Made by a program: the position numbers and the translations under genes
Assembly (NCBI GenBank): GCA_030265395.1
Contig: JARFYF010000017.1
Coordinates: forward strand, 19,526,768 to 19,590,767
DNA length: 64,000 nucleotides
Origin: Rhina ancylostomus
Lineage: Eukaryota
Direction: 5' to 3'
Shown here: positions 1 to 11,995 of the stretch, piece by piece
How the letters are laid out: every line of letters begins with the position of its first letter
Numbering within the stretch: the first letter of the stretch is position 1
Notes under the pieces: generated by a model
What the model was told of the DNA's origin: nothing
Databases searched by the model: none
What the model saw: only the letters and a program-made list of their open reading frames with translations

Positions 1-371
1 TTTTCCCTCTTTGCACTGCTCAATTTCTGCATGTGACCTTAAATGTAAATCCAAACGATTTCCATGACGTATCACAACGGCAGAGTGAAGGGTAGACACG
101 GATTCGTGTTAAAAAAATCAAATTTACATCTGATATCAGGACATTGTTCATCACTAACAATCCTGGATAGAGCAGTGAAGCAGAAAATCCTATATGATGA
201 ATGGCCTTCTTCACCCGTATAACGTTGTAGTAGAATGGCCGAATAGGCTGCACTTGGTTTTGTGGTAACATGGAGCTTGAAAAATGTTGCTGTATTACAG
301 GATATCAATCGATTGCATAGGCTGCATTGTATTGCATGATATAATGGGTTTGATAAGTTGTATTGTATCAC

Positions 372-769
372 NNNNNNNNNNNNNNNNNNNNNNNNNNNNN
401 NNNNNNNNNNNNNNNNNNNNNNNNNNNNNNNNNNNNNNNNNNNNNNNNNNNNNNNNNNNNNNNNNNNNNNNNNNNNNNNNNNNNNNNNNNNNNNNNNNNN
501 NNNNNNNNNNNNNNNNNNNNNNNNNNNNNNNNNNNNNNNNNNNNNNNNNNNNNNNNNNNNNNNNNNNNNNNNNNNNNNNNNNNNNNNNNNNNNNNNNNNN
601 NNNNNNNNNNNNNNNNNNNNNNNNNNNNNNNNNNNNNNNNNNNNNNNNNNNNNNNNNNNNNNNNNNNNNNNNNNNNNNNNNNNNNNNNNNNNNNNNNNNN
701 NNNNNNNNNNNNNNNNNNNNNNNNNNNNNNNNNNNNNNNNNNNNNNNNNNNNNNNNNNNNNNNNNNNNN
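372..769. other. Assembly gap. Others: 3195-3414, 20170-20195, 29357-29367, 32551-32650, 41549-41980, 43932-44368, 45964-45982, 55096-55461, 58192-58201, 63898-63936
   Basis: N runs seen directly; several lie inside or next to repeats. Confidence 0.99.
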
Positions 770-2530
770 AGCTGAGGTTGACTGGGTGACTATTTAAAGA
801 CAAAGGAACAGTTGGCAAGTGGGAGGCTTTTAAAAGGGTCACATCAAGAGTTCAGGGGCAGCATGTTCCCGATAGGGTGAAGGTTGACATACTAATTTCC
901 GGGAACCCTGGCTGATGAGAGATATCGGGGCTCTGGTCAGGAAAAAGAAGGAAGCAAACATTGCGTTTAGGCAGCTGGGTACAAATGGATTCCTTGATGA
1001 ATACAAAAAGTTTAAGACCAGGCTTCAGAGGGATATCAGGAGGGCAAAAAAAGGGTATAAAATCGATTGGGCAGGCAGGGTTAAAGATAATCCCAATAGG
1101 TTCCTCAGTTATATTAACTGTAAAAATGTGACTAGAGAGAGAGACTAGTCCTCTTAAAGACCATCAGGGCTATCTATGTGTGGAGACCTAGAAGATGGCT
1201 GAGATTATTAATGTGTATTTCTCCTGTGTTTACTAAGGAGAATAACTTGGATGCCAGCGAAATGAGGGTGATAAGCAGTGAGGTCTTGGCTCATATGCAT
1301 ATTATGAGGAAGAGGAGGTATTTGCAGCATTGAGGCGCATTAAGGTGGGCAATTACCCAGGGCCTGACCAAGTGCAAGCCTGGACCTTAGGCAAGGCCAG
1401 AGAAGAAATTGTGGAGACCCTTGTAGAGATATTTGCTTCATCATTAGCCACTGGCAAAGTTCCAGAAGACTGGAGGGTGGCTAATGTTGTTCCATTGTTC
1501 AAGAAGGGCAGCAAGGACAGGCCAGTGAGCCTGACTTCATTTGTAGGGAAGATACTGGAGGAAATTCTGAGGGACAAGATCTACCATCACTTGGGTAGTT
1601 AAGTCAGGAAGAGTCAGCATGGTTTTATGTGCGGGAGGTCATGTTTGATGAATCTTTTGGAGTTTTTTGAAGAGCTTACTAAGGGGATAGATGAAGGTAG
1701 GGCAGTGGATGGTGTCTTTATGGACTTTAGTAAGGCCTTTGACAAGGTCACGCATGGCAAGCTGATCTGGAAGGTGATGCATTTTGGACATTCAAGCCAG
1801 GTAGGACTTATGCAGGGCACTGACAAACAGAGGGATCTGGGAGTACAAGTGCACAGTTTGCTGAAAGTGGCCACATAAGTAGACAGGATAGTGAAGGAGG
1901 CCTTTAGCATGCTAGCCTTCATCAGTCAGCGCATCGAGTTTAGGAATCGGGACATTATGTTGCAGTTATATAAGTCGTTGGTGAAGCTGCAATTGGAGTA
2001 TTGTGTACAGTTTTGGTCACCCTGTTATAGGAAAGACTTTGTCAAGATGGAGAGGGTGCAGAAGAGATCTACGAGGATGCTGCCTGGACTAGAAGGCCTG
2101 AGTTATAGGGAGAGGTTGGCCACACTGGATCTTTATTCCTTGGAGTACAGGAGAATAAGGGGTGGCCTCACAGTTTATAAAATCATGAGGGGTATGTATA
2201 AGGTGGACAGTCATAGTCTTTTCCCCAGGGTTGGGGAGTCCAAAACTAGAGGGCACAGATACAAGATAAGAAGGGAGAGATTTAAAAGTGACCTGAGAGG
2301 TAACTTCTTTAGACAGAGGGTAATGAGTATCTGGAATGAGCTGCCAGTGGAAGTGGTCAAGGCAAGTACAGTTGCAACATTTTAGAGGCATTTAAGAGGT
2401 ACATGGAGAGGAGGGGCTTGGAGGGTTATGGTCCAAATGTGGGCAAATGGGAGGGAGGATGCTGTGGTCGGCATGGACTAGTTGGGCCAAAGGGCCTGTT
2501 TCTGTGCTGTGTTACTGTATGACTCTATAA
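770..2530 (+). mobile_element. CR1 LINE, decayed ORF2 (RT region) plus 3' tail, with internal deletions
   Basis: ORF pieces 915-1148, 1330-1602, 1627-1878 and 1891-2385 carry CR1 motifs: GPD, VPEDWRVANVVPLFKKG, RPVSLTS, GRSCLxNLLEFFEE, DFSKAFDKV, QRDLGV, LEYCVQFWSP, SKTRGH, FFxQRVxxxWNELP. The typical tail 'ggactagttgggccaaagggcctgtttctgtgctg' lies at ~2475-2510. Frameshifts and stops are present. Confidence 0.93.
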
Positions 2531-2539
2531 CAGCATAGA

Positions 2540-3675
2540 TCTGTTGATGGTAAATCGTATCTGTCTCAATAGAGTTTTTTGATGAAGTGATAGAGAAGGT
2601 CATTGTGGGAAATATAGTAGATATGGCGTAAATGCACTTACAAAAACCATTTGATAAGGTGCCAAATAATAAGCTTGGCATCAAGGTTGAAAGCCATAGC
2701 ACTAAAGAAGTTGGAGCAGCTGGATGTCTGGCACTCAGTGTGTGTGACAGGTAACTGTGGTCATGAGAGGTTCTTTCTCGGACTGGTTTGCTGGTTCAGT
2801 ACTAGGACCACTACTCAATATATGTTAATGCCTCGGAATTGAGTGTACAGGACACAATTTCTAACTTTCCAGACAACACAAAACTTGGAAGTGTTCTGGA
2901 TCGTGAAGAGGATAGTACTTCACTGAGATAGAGACAAGCTGGTGGAATGGATGGAGAGGTGCCAGATGAAATTTAATGCTGAGAAACACATGTTACATTT
3001 TGGTAGAAAGGATAAGAAGAGGCAACACAAACTAAAGAGTACAATTCTTAAAGAGGTATAAAAGCTGAGAGACTGCATGGTTCACTGAAAGTGGTGAAGT
3101 AAATTGAGAAAACATTTAAAAAATATACAAGGTTCTGGGTGCCATAAATGGAAGCATAGGGTACAAGAGCAAGGAAGTCACAGTAATTTGTAATNNNNNN
3201 NNNNNNNNNNNNNNNNNNNNNNNNNNNNNNNNNNNNNNNNNNNNNNNNNNNNNNNNNNNNNNNNNNNNNNNNNNNNNNNNNNNNNNNNNNNNNNNNNNNN
3301 NNNNNNNNNNNNNNNNNNNNNNNNNNNNNNNNNNNNNNNNNNNNNNNNNNNNNNNNNNNNNNNNNNNNNNNNNNNNNNNNNNNNNNNNNNNNNNNNNNNN
3401 NNNNNNNNNNNNNNAGACCTATAATGAAGGTGATTGCCCACAGAACTAAAGGTTACATGAGGAATTATTTTTTTACAGGGTGGATGGTTTAGGATCTGGA
3501 GAGGGAAGTGGAAGCAAATTAAAAAGGGAACTGGATAAGTATGTGAAAGGAAAGAATTTGAGAGGTATTGGGAGAAGGTGGGGGAATGGGTCTACTGAAT
3601 TGCTCTTAGATATTGGTGCTACAGATTCGATGGGCCATATGGCCTCATTCTGTGCTGCAGCCATTCTGTGATTAT
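2540..3675 (+). mobile_element. Older, more degraded CR1 LINE 3' fragment, interrupted by N gap 3195-3414
   Basis: Degenerate GKSCLxxxEFFDEV and KxFDKVP regions at 2549-2665, an FxDxTKLG-like segment at ~2865-2890, and tail 'gatgggccatatggcctcattctgtgctg' at ~3630-3660. Confidence 0.8.
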
Positions 3676-3681
3676 AGAGCA

Positions 3682-3822
3682 TATGTCCAAGGCATTTTGT
3701 GGGGCTCTTATCAGGCAAAATTCATTATCTATTGCAATATTGCAAATGAGTGATTAAAAGCTGGATCAAATTAGTTTTAAGAGGTGACCATGGAAGAGAG
3801 CAATGTATAATGGAAAGGTTTA
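3682..3822 (-). mobile_element. L2 LINE 3' end relic
   Basis: 'gtccaaggcattttgtggggctcttatcaggcaaaatt...aaaagctggatcaaa...ttttaagaggtg' resembles the reverse L2 tail also seen at 6745-6925. Confidence 0.45.
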
Positions 3823-4949
3823 AACAATGTTACAACTAAAATAGCATCATTTTGTGTGAAAGGTGTTCTCACATGCCGCATTTCAAGCTATTCAGAGTCT
3901 TCAAGTATTCAGAGTTTTTGGGGTTGGTGCAACAAATGAGACTTTCTCACTTAATGCTCACCATGACTGTAGCTACAGTGGCACGTTGTCTTTAGGTGTT
4001 GATGCTCATTAGTTTATGCTTTGGCTGTTGATGTTACCATTCCTGTACGAGATTGTGCGGAAAGAAGGGAAGTTCATGTGGGCTAGACTGTTCAGTAATG
4101 TCATCGCTGCATCTACTTGTTTAGAAGCTCCAAACTATGGTTCTATTGTGTAGAACTGTTGTCACTTTACTGCAGTTGGATGACTGGCATTTAGTGTGTG
4201 TGGCATTGTGTGATTCATGATCTAGCTGGTACTATTCTGATCTAAAGTTGAACTTTTTCTTCCCAAACCAGACGTCATTTACAATATACTCATTTGTGTT
4301 GAAGTATTGAGTGGCTGTCAGTAAATTGTGGAACTATTCATATGTTGCATATTGATTATCTGCAATTTCTAATTGGGCATTATCATAAAAGTTTATTTGC
4401 ACTCCCACAATGTATAAGTACCTGTGTGATGGTAAATTAGATCGAAAGGGTCTTCTCTTGTCAAATTATCAAGGGATCTATTGCATGGCAGTGATGTGAT
4501 ATCCTCAGAAGTTTCAAGTAATGCCACTCATTAGAAAGGTTGAATTTTGTTTTAATTCCTGTTATAATGTTATGATTCTGGTGCTGCAGTTCCTCACTTA
4601 CAAAATGAAACATACGGACATTCTTTATTGATCAAGCTAACAATATTCACTGGTGAGCTGTGCGGCAAACTGTCAGACCTAGAATACTGTACCAGAAGGG
4701 TTTAAATTCTCCCTGTACCTATTGGAACTGGAGTCCATTGGAACAGGCTTAGATCCAGGTCAATTCCAGCTTCCTCAACTCAGGACTGGACAGAATTGAA
4801 ACACATTACCAGTGTGATGGAGAAAGTACTCAAGTTCACAAAGATGGTCAGACCCTTTGTTTCATCAGTTAGAGCTAAAATTCACTGATACAAGATGCAA
4901 AGAAGGATGAAATTTTTAAAAAAAGCACTTACTTAAGCAGCATTTTGTT

Positions 4950-5082
4950 TACTGATGCAGAGTCTTGACCCAAAATATCGACTATCCCTTTGCCTCCACA
5001 GATGCTGCTTGACCGTATGAGTTTCTCCAGCAATTTATTTTTTGCTCCAGGTTCCAGCATCTGAAATCTCTCTTGTGTCTCC
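4950..5082 (+). mobile_element. Penelope pLTR-derived repeat with decayed minimal hammerhead motif
   Basis: CTGATGC-AGAGTC-TT-GACCC-AAAA-TATCGACT, then 'cacagatgctgcttgacc...gagtttctccagc...ttccagcatctg'. Confidence 0.8.
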
Positions 5083-6744
5083 ATTTTGTTTATTGCATAT
5101 AGTTTGGCCTGGACTGAATTTTGTAAGGGTAAATATTGTCTAATTTTTTAATAGAAGTGTTATAGCATTCATTAACTCGACTCTTCTTTTGTCCTGTGGC
5201 TCATATGAGATAAATCTGCTGCTGCAAAACACAATTCTGTGCTTAAATGTCAGGGTACATATTTTTGAAAGTGCTGAATTTGCATTTTAAAGTGGACAGT
5301 TGTGAAACTGAAGCTGAACTGCAAAACTGATACATTATACACAAAATAGCAAGTCTTCATTAATATCCATTGTCCTTGTCACACAGATGCTATAGGTGAT
5401 TACATTTTCATCTTCATTTGTAACCTTCAGTGAGGCCCACTTCATTCCCTCCCACCACTCCTTTTTGTTATTCGGTGCGCCTGCTAAAATTATGTAAAAG
5501 TTCTTCCTTAAGAGAGAAAAAATATCACTATTTTCTGTTGAAACTGTTTTTCCATCAGGGTTTTGAATTGGACACAGACTTTTCTAAGTCAAACTTCTAA
5601 GAACACCAGGACTTTGGACACCTTCCAGTTAAAATTATGGCAACCCCAGACTTTTAAATCAGCAGCTGACCTCCACTTTTCAAGGCAATGCCTGTGGGCC
5701 TTTTAAATCACTGCTGTGTGGGTGCAAAAAAATCTTGTAAGTCTAAGAGATCTTCAAAAGCTACTTATTCTTGCAAGACTTCTGTCATCAGGAAGAATTT
5801 GAAAAGCCTCTTGTAGAATGAGCTCTGCACAGAACTCGGACAGCAGCAAGATGGATTACTTGCTTTCAGCCCATTCCGGATACTCTGTAGTAGTTTTAAC
5901 AAATGCATATGCATGCCGTTGTCAATGTATTGCAGGGCAAGGTATCGGGGTGAATTGGGTGATATAATTTTCAAGGAATTTTTATTCTAAGCTACGTGTA
6001 ACAATTTTGTCAACTGTTGAAGTGACCTTTTCTCAAAAGTGGAGAAAAGGAGGAATCCTTCCTTGAAATACATTAATGTTGTATATCACCCTTTGAAGGA
6101 AAGAGATGTGTTGACAAAATGTTTGCGCAGTGTACCATTAGCAATATGGCTGAGTTTAACACCTGAAGCAGTAAACATTGGCCCCAATTCCTGTTCTGAA
6201 CTTTACAGCAAGACCTAAGTAACATTTTTCCCTGAGGAAGGGAGTCGGAACTCATCATGTGGGTATGGAATATATGCTGACAATTGGTGATTTTGTCCTT
6301 CTGTGCTTCAGCACATATCCAGGGATCCAGGGAGTCTGGGACACCACCTAAAATATATAATTCCATAAGGTCATTTTACCATAAGGTCATTGTCTGAGTA
6401 GTGCAGGTTGCGAGTAACCACTCTTCTGGCTTAGGCATAACCTAAGACACATGATCGATTGGGCTTGGTGTGCCTTTGCTGTGTTGAAATCTACTTTGAA
6501 GATCCAAATTCAAATCTCAGTATTAATGGCTAATTATATGCTGCTTTCGTTATGGAGGTAGCATTTATAAAAGGGAGAGCATTTCCCTTTACATACAAAT
6601 CTTCTTTAAGATTGGACTGACCTAGAATTTTTATGGCAGTATAGAAAATGTTATAAGTAACCAATAATATTACATTGCAAATATAAAGACATAGAATAAT
6701 TGCCTATGGCATTACTTTTTAATATTAACACATTCATATTTATT

Positions 6745-6925
6745 TAGTAGGATGTTGTCCCAAGGCACAGGCAGAAGAATAATTGGATAAAAGTTGACAC
6801 TGAGCCAGAGATAGTAATATTAGAAATGGTGATGTGAAGTTTGGTCGGAGGCAGTTTTTAAGGGTGATCTTTAAGGAGAAAGCGATTGAAAAGCTGAGGG
6901 AGGGAGTGCCAGAGCTGAAGACGTT
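6745..6925 (-). mobile_element. L2 LINE 3' end relic
   Basis: 'gtcccaaggcac...aaaagttgacactgagcca...gtttttaagggtgatctttaaggag...gagggagtgccagagct'; the reverse complement resembles 58240-58350. Confidence 0.6.
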
Positions 6926-9604
6926 ATCATGAAGAAATAGCTATTGAAGTAGTAGTTCTGGCAAAATCAGATGGCTGATAAATGAAGACCTTTATATGTA
7001 TGTTTTATTACTCTTGCAGAATGTATACTGCAAATATGAGAATTTTGTACACATGATATTTTGAAAATCGCGGCAAAATTCTCTTTTTTTAAGGAATTAT
7101 TTACATTTTCTAAATTTTGTAACCATACTGAACTGTGCAACATTAACATTAACCACAGCAGTCTGAAAACTTGCCTGAGTGAATGCCAATACCACTCCAA
7201 TGCTGCGTGGTAATAATGTCCTATCATTTACCCATGTTTTACTCATGGAATGCCATTTTAGATAGCAATAGGCTCCCGTGAATAAAAGTGAGGACATCAA
7301 GGAGAGAAAATGTGTTTAAATGTTTGCTCTAATTTTGTGTCATGAATGTTTCATTATGTTGCAGTGAAATTCAGGTCAAAAATATTGCCAGGAAGCACTT
7401 CCAATTTATAATGAGTTCCAAGGTCACTATCTGTTACTGTTTCGTAGAGATAAGATTGCAGTAGTGAAGGTATAGATTTGATCAACAGTACTGATGAGTT
7501 TGTATTTTGCACAAAAATGGCATTAGCACACTTGTGCCCATTTAGCAGGTATAGTCCATTGCAAACATTTTTTTCTGTTGTCATGTTGTGAGTCATTGTA
7601 TAATTAATGGGATAGGGGTATAGGGTAGGCTCGCTTTAGAACAAATGTAAGTGTACATTGATCTATTCTGGTGAAAGTGAGAGCAGTAATGTTAATGTGT
7701 GGTTTGATCACAAAAGATGGTATCTTTAAATGCTCACACTCAAGGTTCAAATGTGCTGTATTTAATAGATTCTTTTGTGGATAAGCCTTTAAAGTCTCGT
7801 TTAGGTTTAAAAGTCGGGAGTAAGCTCTCTGTAATACCCCAGAGCCAAAATCAATGAGCAGGATAATTCTACTGCTTGTAATACACATCCTTTCATGCAT
7901 TTATACCCCTATCACTACCCTAAAAGGAAAAACACTCTGTTTACAATGCAGCAAGAATGGGGTTGAACTGAATCTTCTAACTTTGCTATCTTGAAGAAAG
8001 ATTTGCTTTACAAAATGAATGCACCCTTTCATTACTAAGTGATCTTTTGACATTTTGTGACTATTGCATAATAACAGGCTTAACATTGGATAACCATTTT
8101 CAAGTTGCATACTGACGAGCAATTGTCTACTTTTTAAATATATTAAAACAATGCTGAAATGTTAACCATGTTGAAATAGCCCTGAAATTCTGCTTGATGT
8201 ATTGTCTTGAGGGGTGCATATAAGCCATATTAGTCTCCCATATTTTAGTAGCCCAAGTTTAATGACCATTACAACAGATGTTTATATCTTGGCAGTATTG
8301 TATTTAAGTAACATTACAGGAGGAGTTTTAAGTCATTTTGTTTACATAGTAGAGGTACAGACTTTTCAGTAGAAGTCTTCATTAATGTCAGGAATGCAGA
8401 GCAAGCAGTTTGGTTACAGAGTCAGAGGCCAACAACCATTAGTATCTGTCAGGGAGCACAGAGAAGGCCCTGTTGCTGGCTTTATACAGGGTGTGAATGA
8501 TAGCAGGCCTTGGAATAATGTGAAAACAAATACATGCATCTAGTGTGCAAAACCTTGACCAAAATGACCTTTTTGCACAACCACAAAGAGTTTGTAAAGT
8601 CCAACCAATGCATTGCAATCTTCGGCCGTGTTAATTTATCACAGTATTTGAAGAATAAATGTAAGGCCTTCTTCACATTCAGTGGAAAGTGAAAATAAGA
8701 CTCTTAAATAAGATCAAAGTGTTAATCCCACAGTTACTTTTTCCCTTTTTTCCTTGGTGTTCCTTAGGTTAAAATGAATGACACAATGTGTCCTGTTTCC
8801 CAGCTGCACTCTGACCAAGTTTGCAACGGGATGTAGAGCTCTGTTCCGTGCAACACTACCTAACCATTAAAAAGAATTGTGTAAGGACTGAATTGTAGCT
8901 GTTCCTTCACAAACATAGTTAATCTTTTTTTTATAGTTATGGTGCTCATGTGTCAGTGACTGAGTTCTGCTCACTTGCTAACATGTGAAGGATGCAATTC
9001 TCTTACTTTTAAATACATTGCAAATTATCAATCTGTCTGAGCATGTATAATTAAGATATTAAAAGTACTGAATTCTTGGGCTATGTTTTACATTATTGAT
9101 TTTTAACCAATAAAAATGAAGATAAATTAACAATTAAAGCTGCCAGTTGACCATGGGAGAGGGGAAATAACCTTCAATCTTTTAACTGTAAATTGTTAGA
9201 GAAAAAATGGCCTACTCAGTAAGAGGTGTAAGTGCTCCAGAAGAAAAAGGAGTTAGCATTAGTTGTGTTGGATTACAGCATTATTGTGATGTCAATAATG
9301 TTCTATTGAGTAGACAAAAAACCAGGATAGCTTAAGTAAATACTTTGTACATTGTAGATTCTTATTGAGAAGCCAATAGTAATTTGGATTTTCACAGTTT
9401 GGATCAAATGAACATCCACTGATTCTGGCCTATTTGATGTAGAATGACACTGATGACATTTGGGGAAGGGCATTTCTTCTTCTCTTGGGAGGCATATAAG
9501 CCTGTTGCCTTATTATTTATTGCTATTGTTTTATTTAATTCAAATACACACAGTAAATGATTGAGATACACCAGAGTTTATCAATATCTGGGAAAAGGAC
9601 ACTC

Positions 9605-9745
9605 ATTTCTGGTGGAGGCATTTCACCAGAAACAATGGCATACATTCTTTTTTGTTTCTTTTTTTTGCCAGAATTGCAGTGCAGTTTCAATGCTTCATGT
9701 ATTTATTTCAGACCTTCAGCTTTTGTGTCAGTGTTTCCATTTATT
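9605..9745 (+). mobile_element. Very old Penelope pLTR-like relic
   Basis: 'tctggtggaggcatttcaccagaaac' (CTGATGA...GAAAC-like) followed by 'tttatttcagaccttcagc'; same layout as the younger copies. Confidence 0.35.
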
Positions 9746-11574
9746 TCCTGGTAGTTCAGCATAGTTATTTATTCTAATTCCACACACATTTTTCTTTTTC
9801 TCCTCTCAGCTTCAAACCAATTGAGCAATAGGGAGATTTGCTCCCAGGTCTCAGTGGATGTCTGATGAGTCAAATGCCAGTGGATGGGTGCAGACGATCT
9901 GAGCTTGTGCTCTTTTCCTGATTGCATTTCATGTCACTCTCCCTGTTGTATTTCCCCAGGCCACTTGGGCATTACATCTGTGGGGAAATGCAAGTTACTA
10001 TTTAATTTAGGTCAAATGGATTTGCGGTTGCTGATTAATTTACTTACTTTTTTCAGTGCTTCATGTACCTGTTTTGGGACATGAAAATCCCAAGGAAAGA
10101 AAGGAAGCATGTGTGGAATCTGCTCTGCTGGATTATGTGCTGTGTGTGATGATTTTGAAAAGAATCAGTGGTTATGAATTTAGCCATTTCTGCTACTCAT
10201 TGCCAGGAAAGAGGCTAAGTGTGAACGCCCCTCTCCCCTTGGGAAACTGATACATCATGATAATTTTGGAAAGATTAGATAGAGGCCACACAACCAATAG
10301 TCATACCCTCAAAATTAATGAAGTGCTGCTTGTGATGCTGGGATCTTTTGTCTCCTAAACGCTCGTGGAACCATTCATTCTGTGTTGCCAAATAATGTCC
10401 TTGAAACTAATTTCATGTTTAGTAAAAAGATTACATTAAGCTAGGCAGTCTTTTCCAAGCATTGCACCAATCTAATTTTCATTTTGATGATATTGATAAA
10501 TGACCTGCATTTTGTATGAAATATCAGTGTTGTAATCCTGATTTCTCTCTGATGTTTGAAGGCCTCTGCAATCAACAAATTTACCCTTTAGTTTACAAAC
10601 TTTTTTCTGCATGGTGTTGACCGACAGACACAGTTATATTTTTAAGAGAAATTCTCAATTACTTGTTTAGCAAATAGCTTTTGGAATTTGCCTTTATATT
10701 TTGTGATCATAAGTGCAACCTGCATTTAAATAACATCGTGTGCCTTAAGCTTGGAGAACACCTTGGTCTCATCCGTACATAAGAAAGTTTTCCAATTTCA
10801 TACAAACCAAATACCTTGTGTCCAATGTAACAAGGATCATTTCATTTATGTCAGATTTGTTTTTAAATCGCAGCAAAGCTTTCTATGACCTTACTGGGTA
10901 TTGTTCCTGTTGTTAAGTATACTCTTTTACCAATTACACAACAATAAAAAAAACTACCCCAAAACATAGAATTGGATTTTGTCTACTTTAGCCTTTGTCA
11001 TGCAGCAGGTTTTGTTTTTGCCCTGTGTGTTCCGCCCAAAGATGAAGATTAAATAAAGCAACAACTGAAAAGATTGGAGTACAAATTAGCACTAACCATC
11101 CAATAGTCTGTGCATTTATTTCAATTTTTAATTGTAATGCCCTCTCATGTAAAATGCAAACATTACAAACTTAAACTGCAATATCTTGAAAAGTGTCATC
11201 TTAATCCAATAGGGTCACTTTTAGTTACTCTTGAGATTGTGGTCAACGCAGGCTCATTCGTAGTAAAACCCATGAAGAATTGTCTTAACACTTTGTGGAG
11301 GTCTTTAAGTCTTTCTGATCCCAGGCTAGTTCCCCACAGCTTCTATCCTCCAGATCAGCTGCTTGCTACAATGCTATCTTAATTGCAAGGATGCAGTGGG
11401 AACTAATGTTTGGGAAAGAATGCTGTACATTTATTCTTTCTCTGCCAAGTGAATAAAAGTTACTGTCAAATCTTAATATATTTTATGGTTTCAGAATCTC
11501 ATTATACATAAACATTAATTAGTCAGGGAAAAATATTTCTTTTCCTAATCTGCTCAGCAATATTATGATTACTG

Positions 11575-11995
11575 AAATATGCAGAATGTACTGGAAGTAC
11601 TTAGCAGGTCAGGCAGGAACTGGGAAGAAGCAAATAGTTTCAGATCTGACCTTCCATCAGAACATGAAAAAGTTAGATAAATACTGTTTCAACCTTTTAA
11701 GACACAGCAAAAGGAGGTGGAAAGAAAAAAAGTTGTAGGTGGGAGAGATAGTGTGCACAGCAGAAGATGGTCATCCCTTTTATCACCTAATGTCTCCTGT
11801 CTTAAACCCTGTTACACCCCTTCCCCTTTGTTCTTTCCTCCCTTTCCCTGCCCCTGTATCTTTAAAGCTTGTTCTCTCTCTAACTTTTTCCAATTTTGAT
11901 GAAGAGATCTCAATCTGAAATATTAACTCTATTTCTCCCTGCATGAATGCCACCTCGGCTGCTGAGTATCTCAAGTGTTTTCTACTACTATTTTG
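11575..11995. mobile_element. Inverted pair of Penelope pLTR fragments (minus arm ~11575-11760, plus arm ~11770-11995)
   Basis: Left arm 'ctggaagtacttagcaggtcaggcag...tttcagatctgaccttccatcagaac' mirrors right arm 'ttgatgaagagatctcaatctgaaatattaactct...ctgctgagtatctcaag'. Confidence 0.75.

Noticed and set aside
72-842. Long ORFs spanning N runs (also near 3178, 32391, 41431, 43850, 54894)
   Set aside because: These are artefacts of translating assembly gaps.
1891-2385. 164 aa ORF as a host gene
   Set aside because: It is the C-terminus of a broken CR1 ORF2.
6363-6391. Direct repeat CCATAAGGTCATT x2
   Set aside because: A simple local slippage duplication; not an array.
8053-8068. miR-153-like sequence on the minus strand
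   Set aside because: It has an insertion in the seed and no precursor hairpin.
9790-9890. Strong polypyrimidine/AG acceptor (also at ~22240-22263)
   Set aside because: No convincing downstream donor or recognisable reading frame.
9862-9903. CTGATGAGTC...GAC-GATCTGA as a hammerhead or C/D snoRNA
   Set aside because: GAAA is replaced by GATC and stem II is weak. The C-to-D distance (~40 nt) is too short for a snoRNA.
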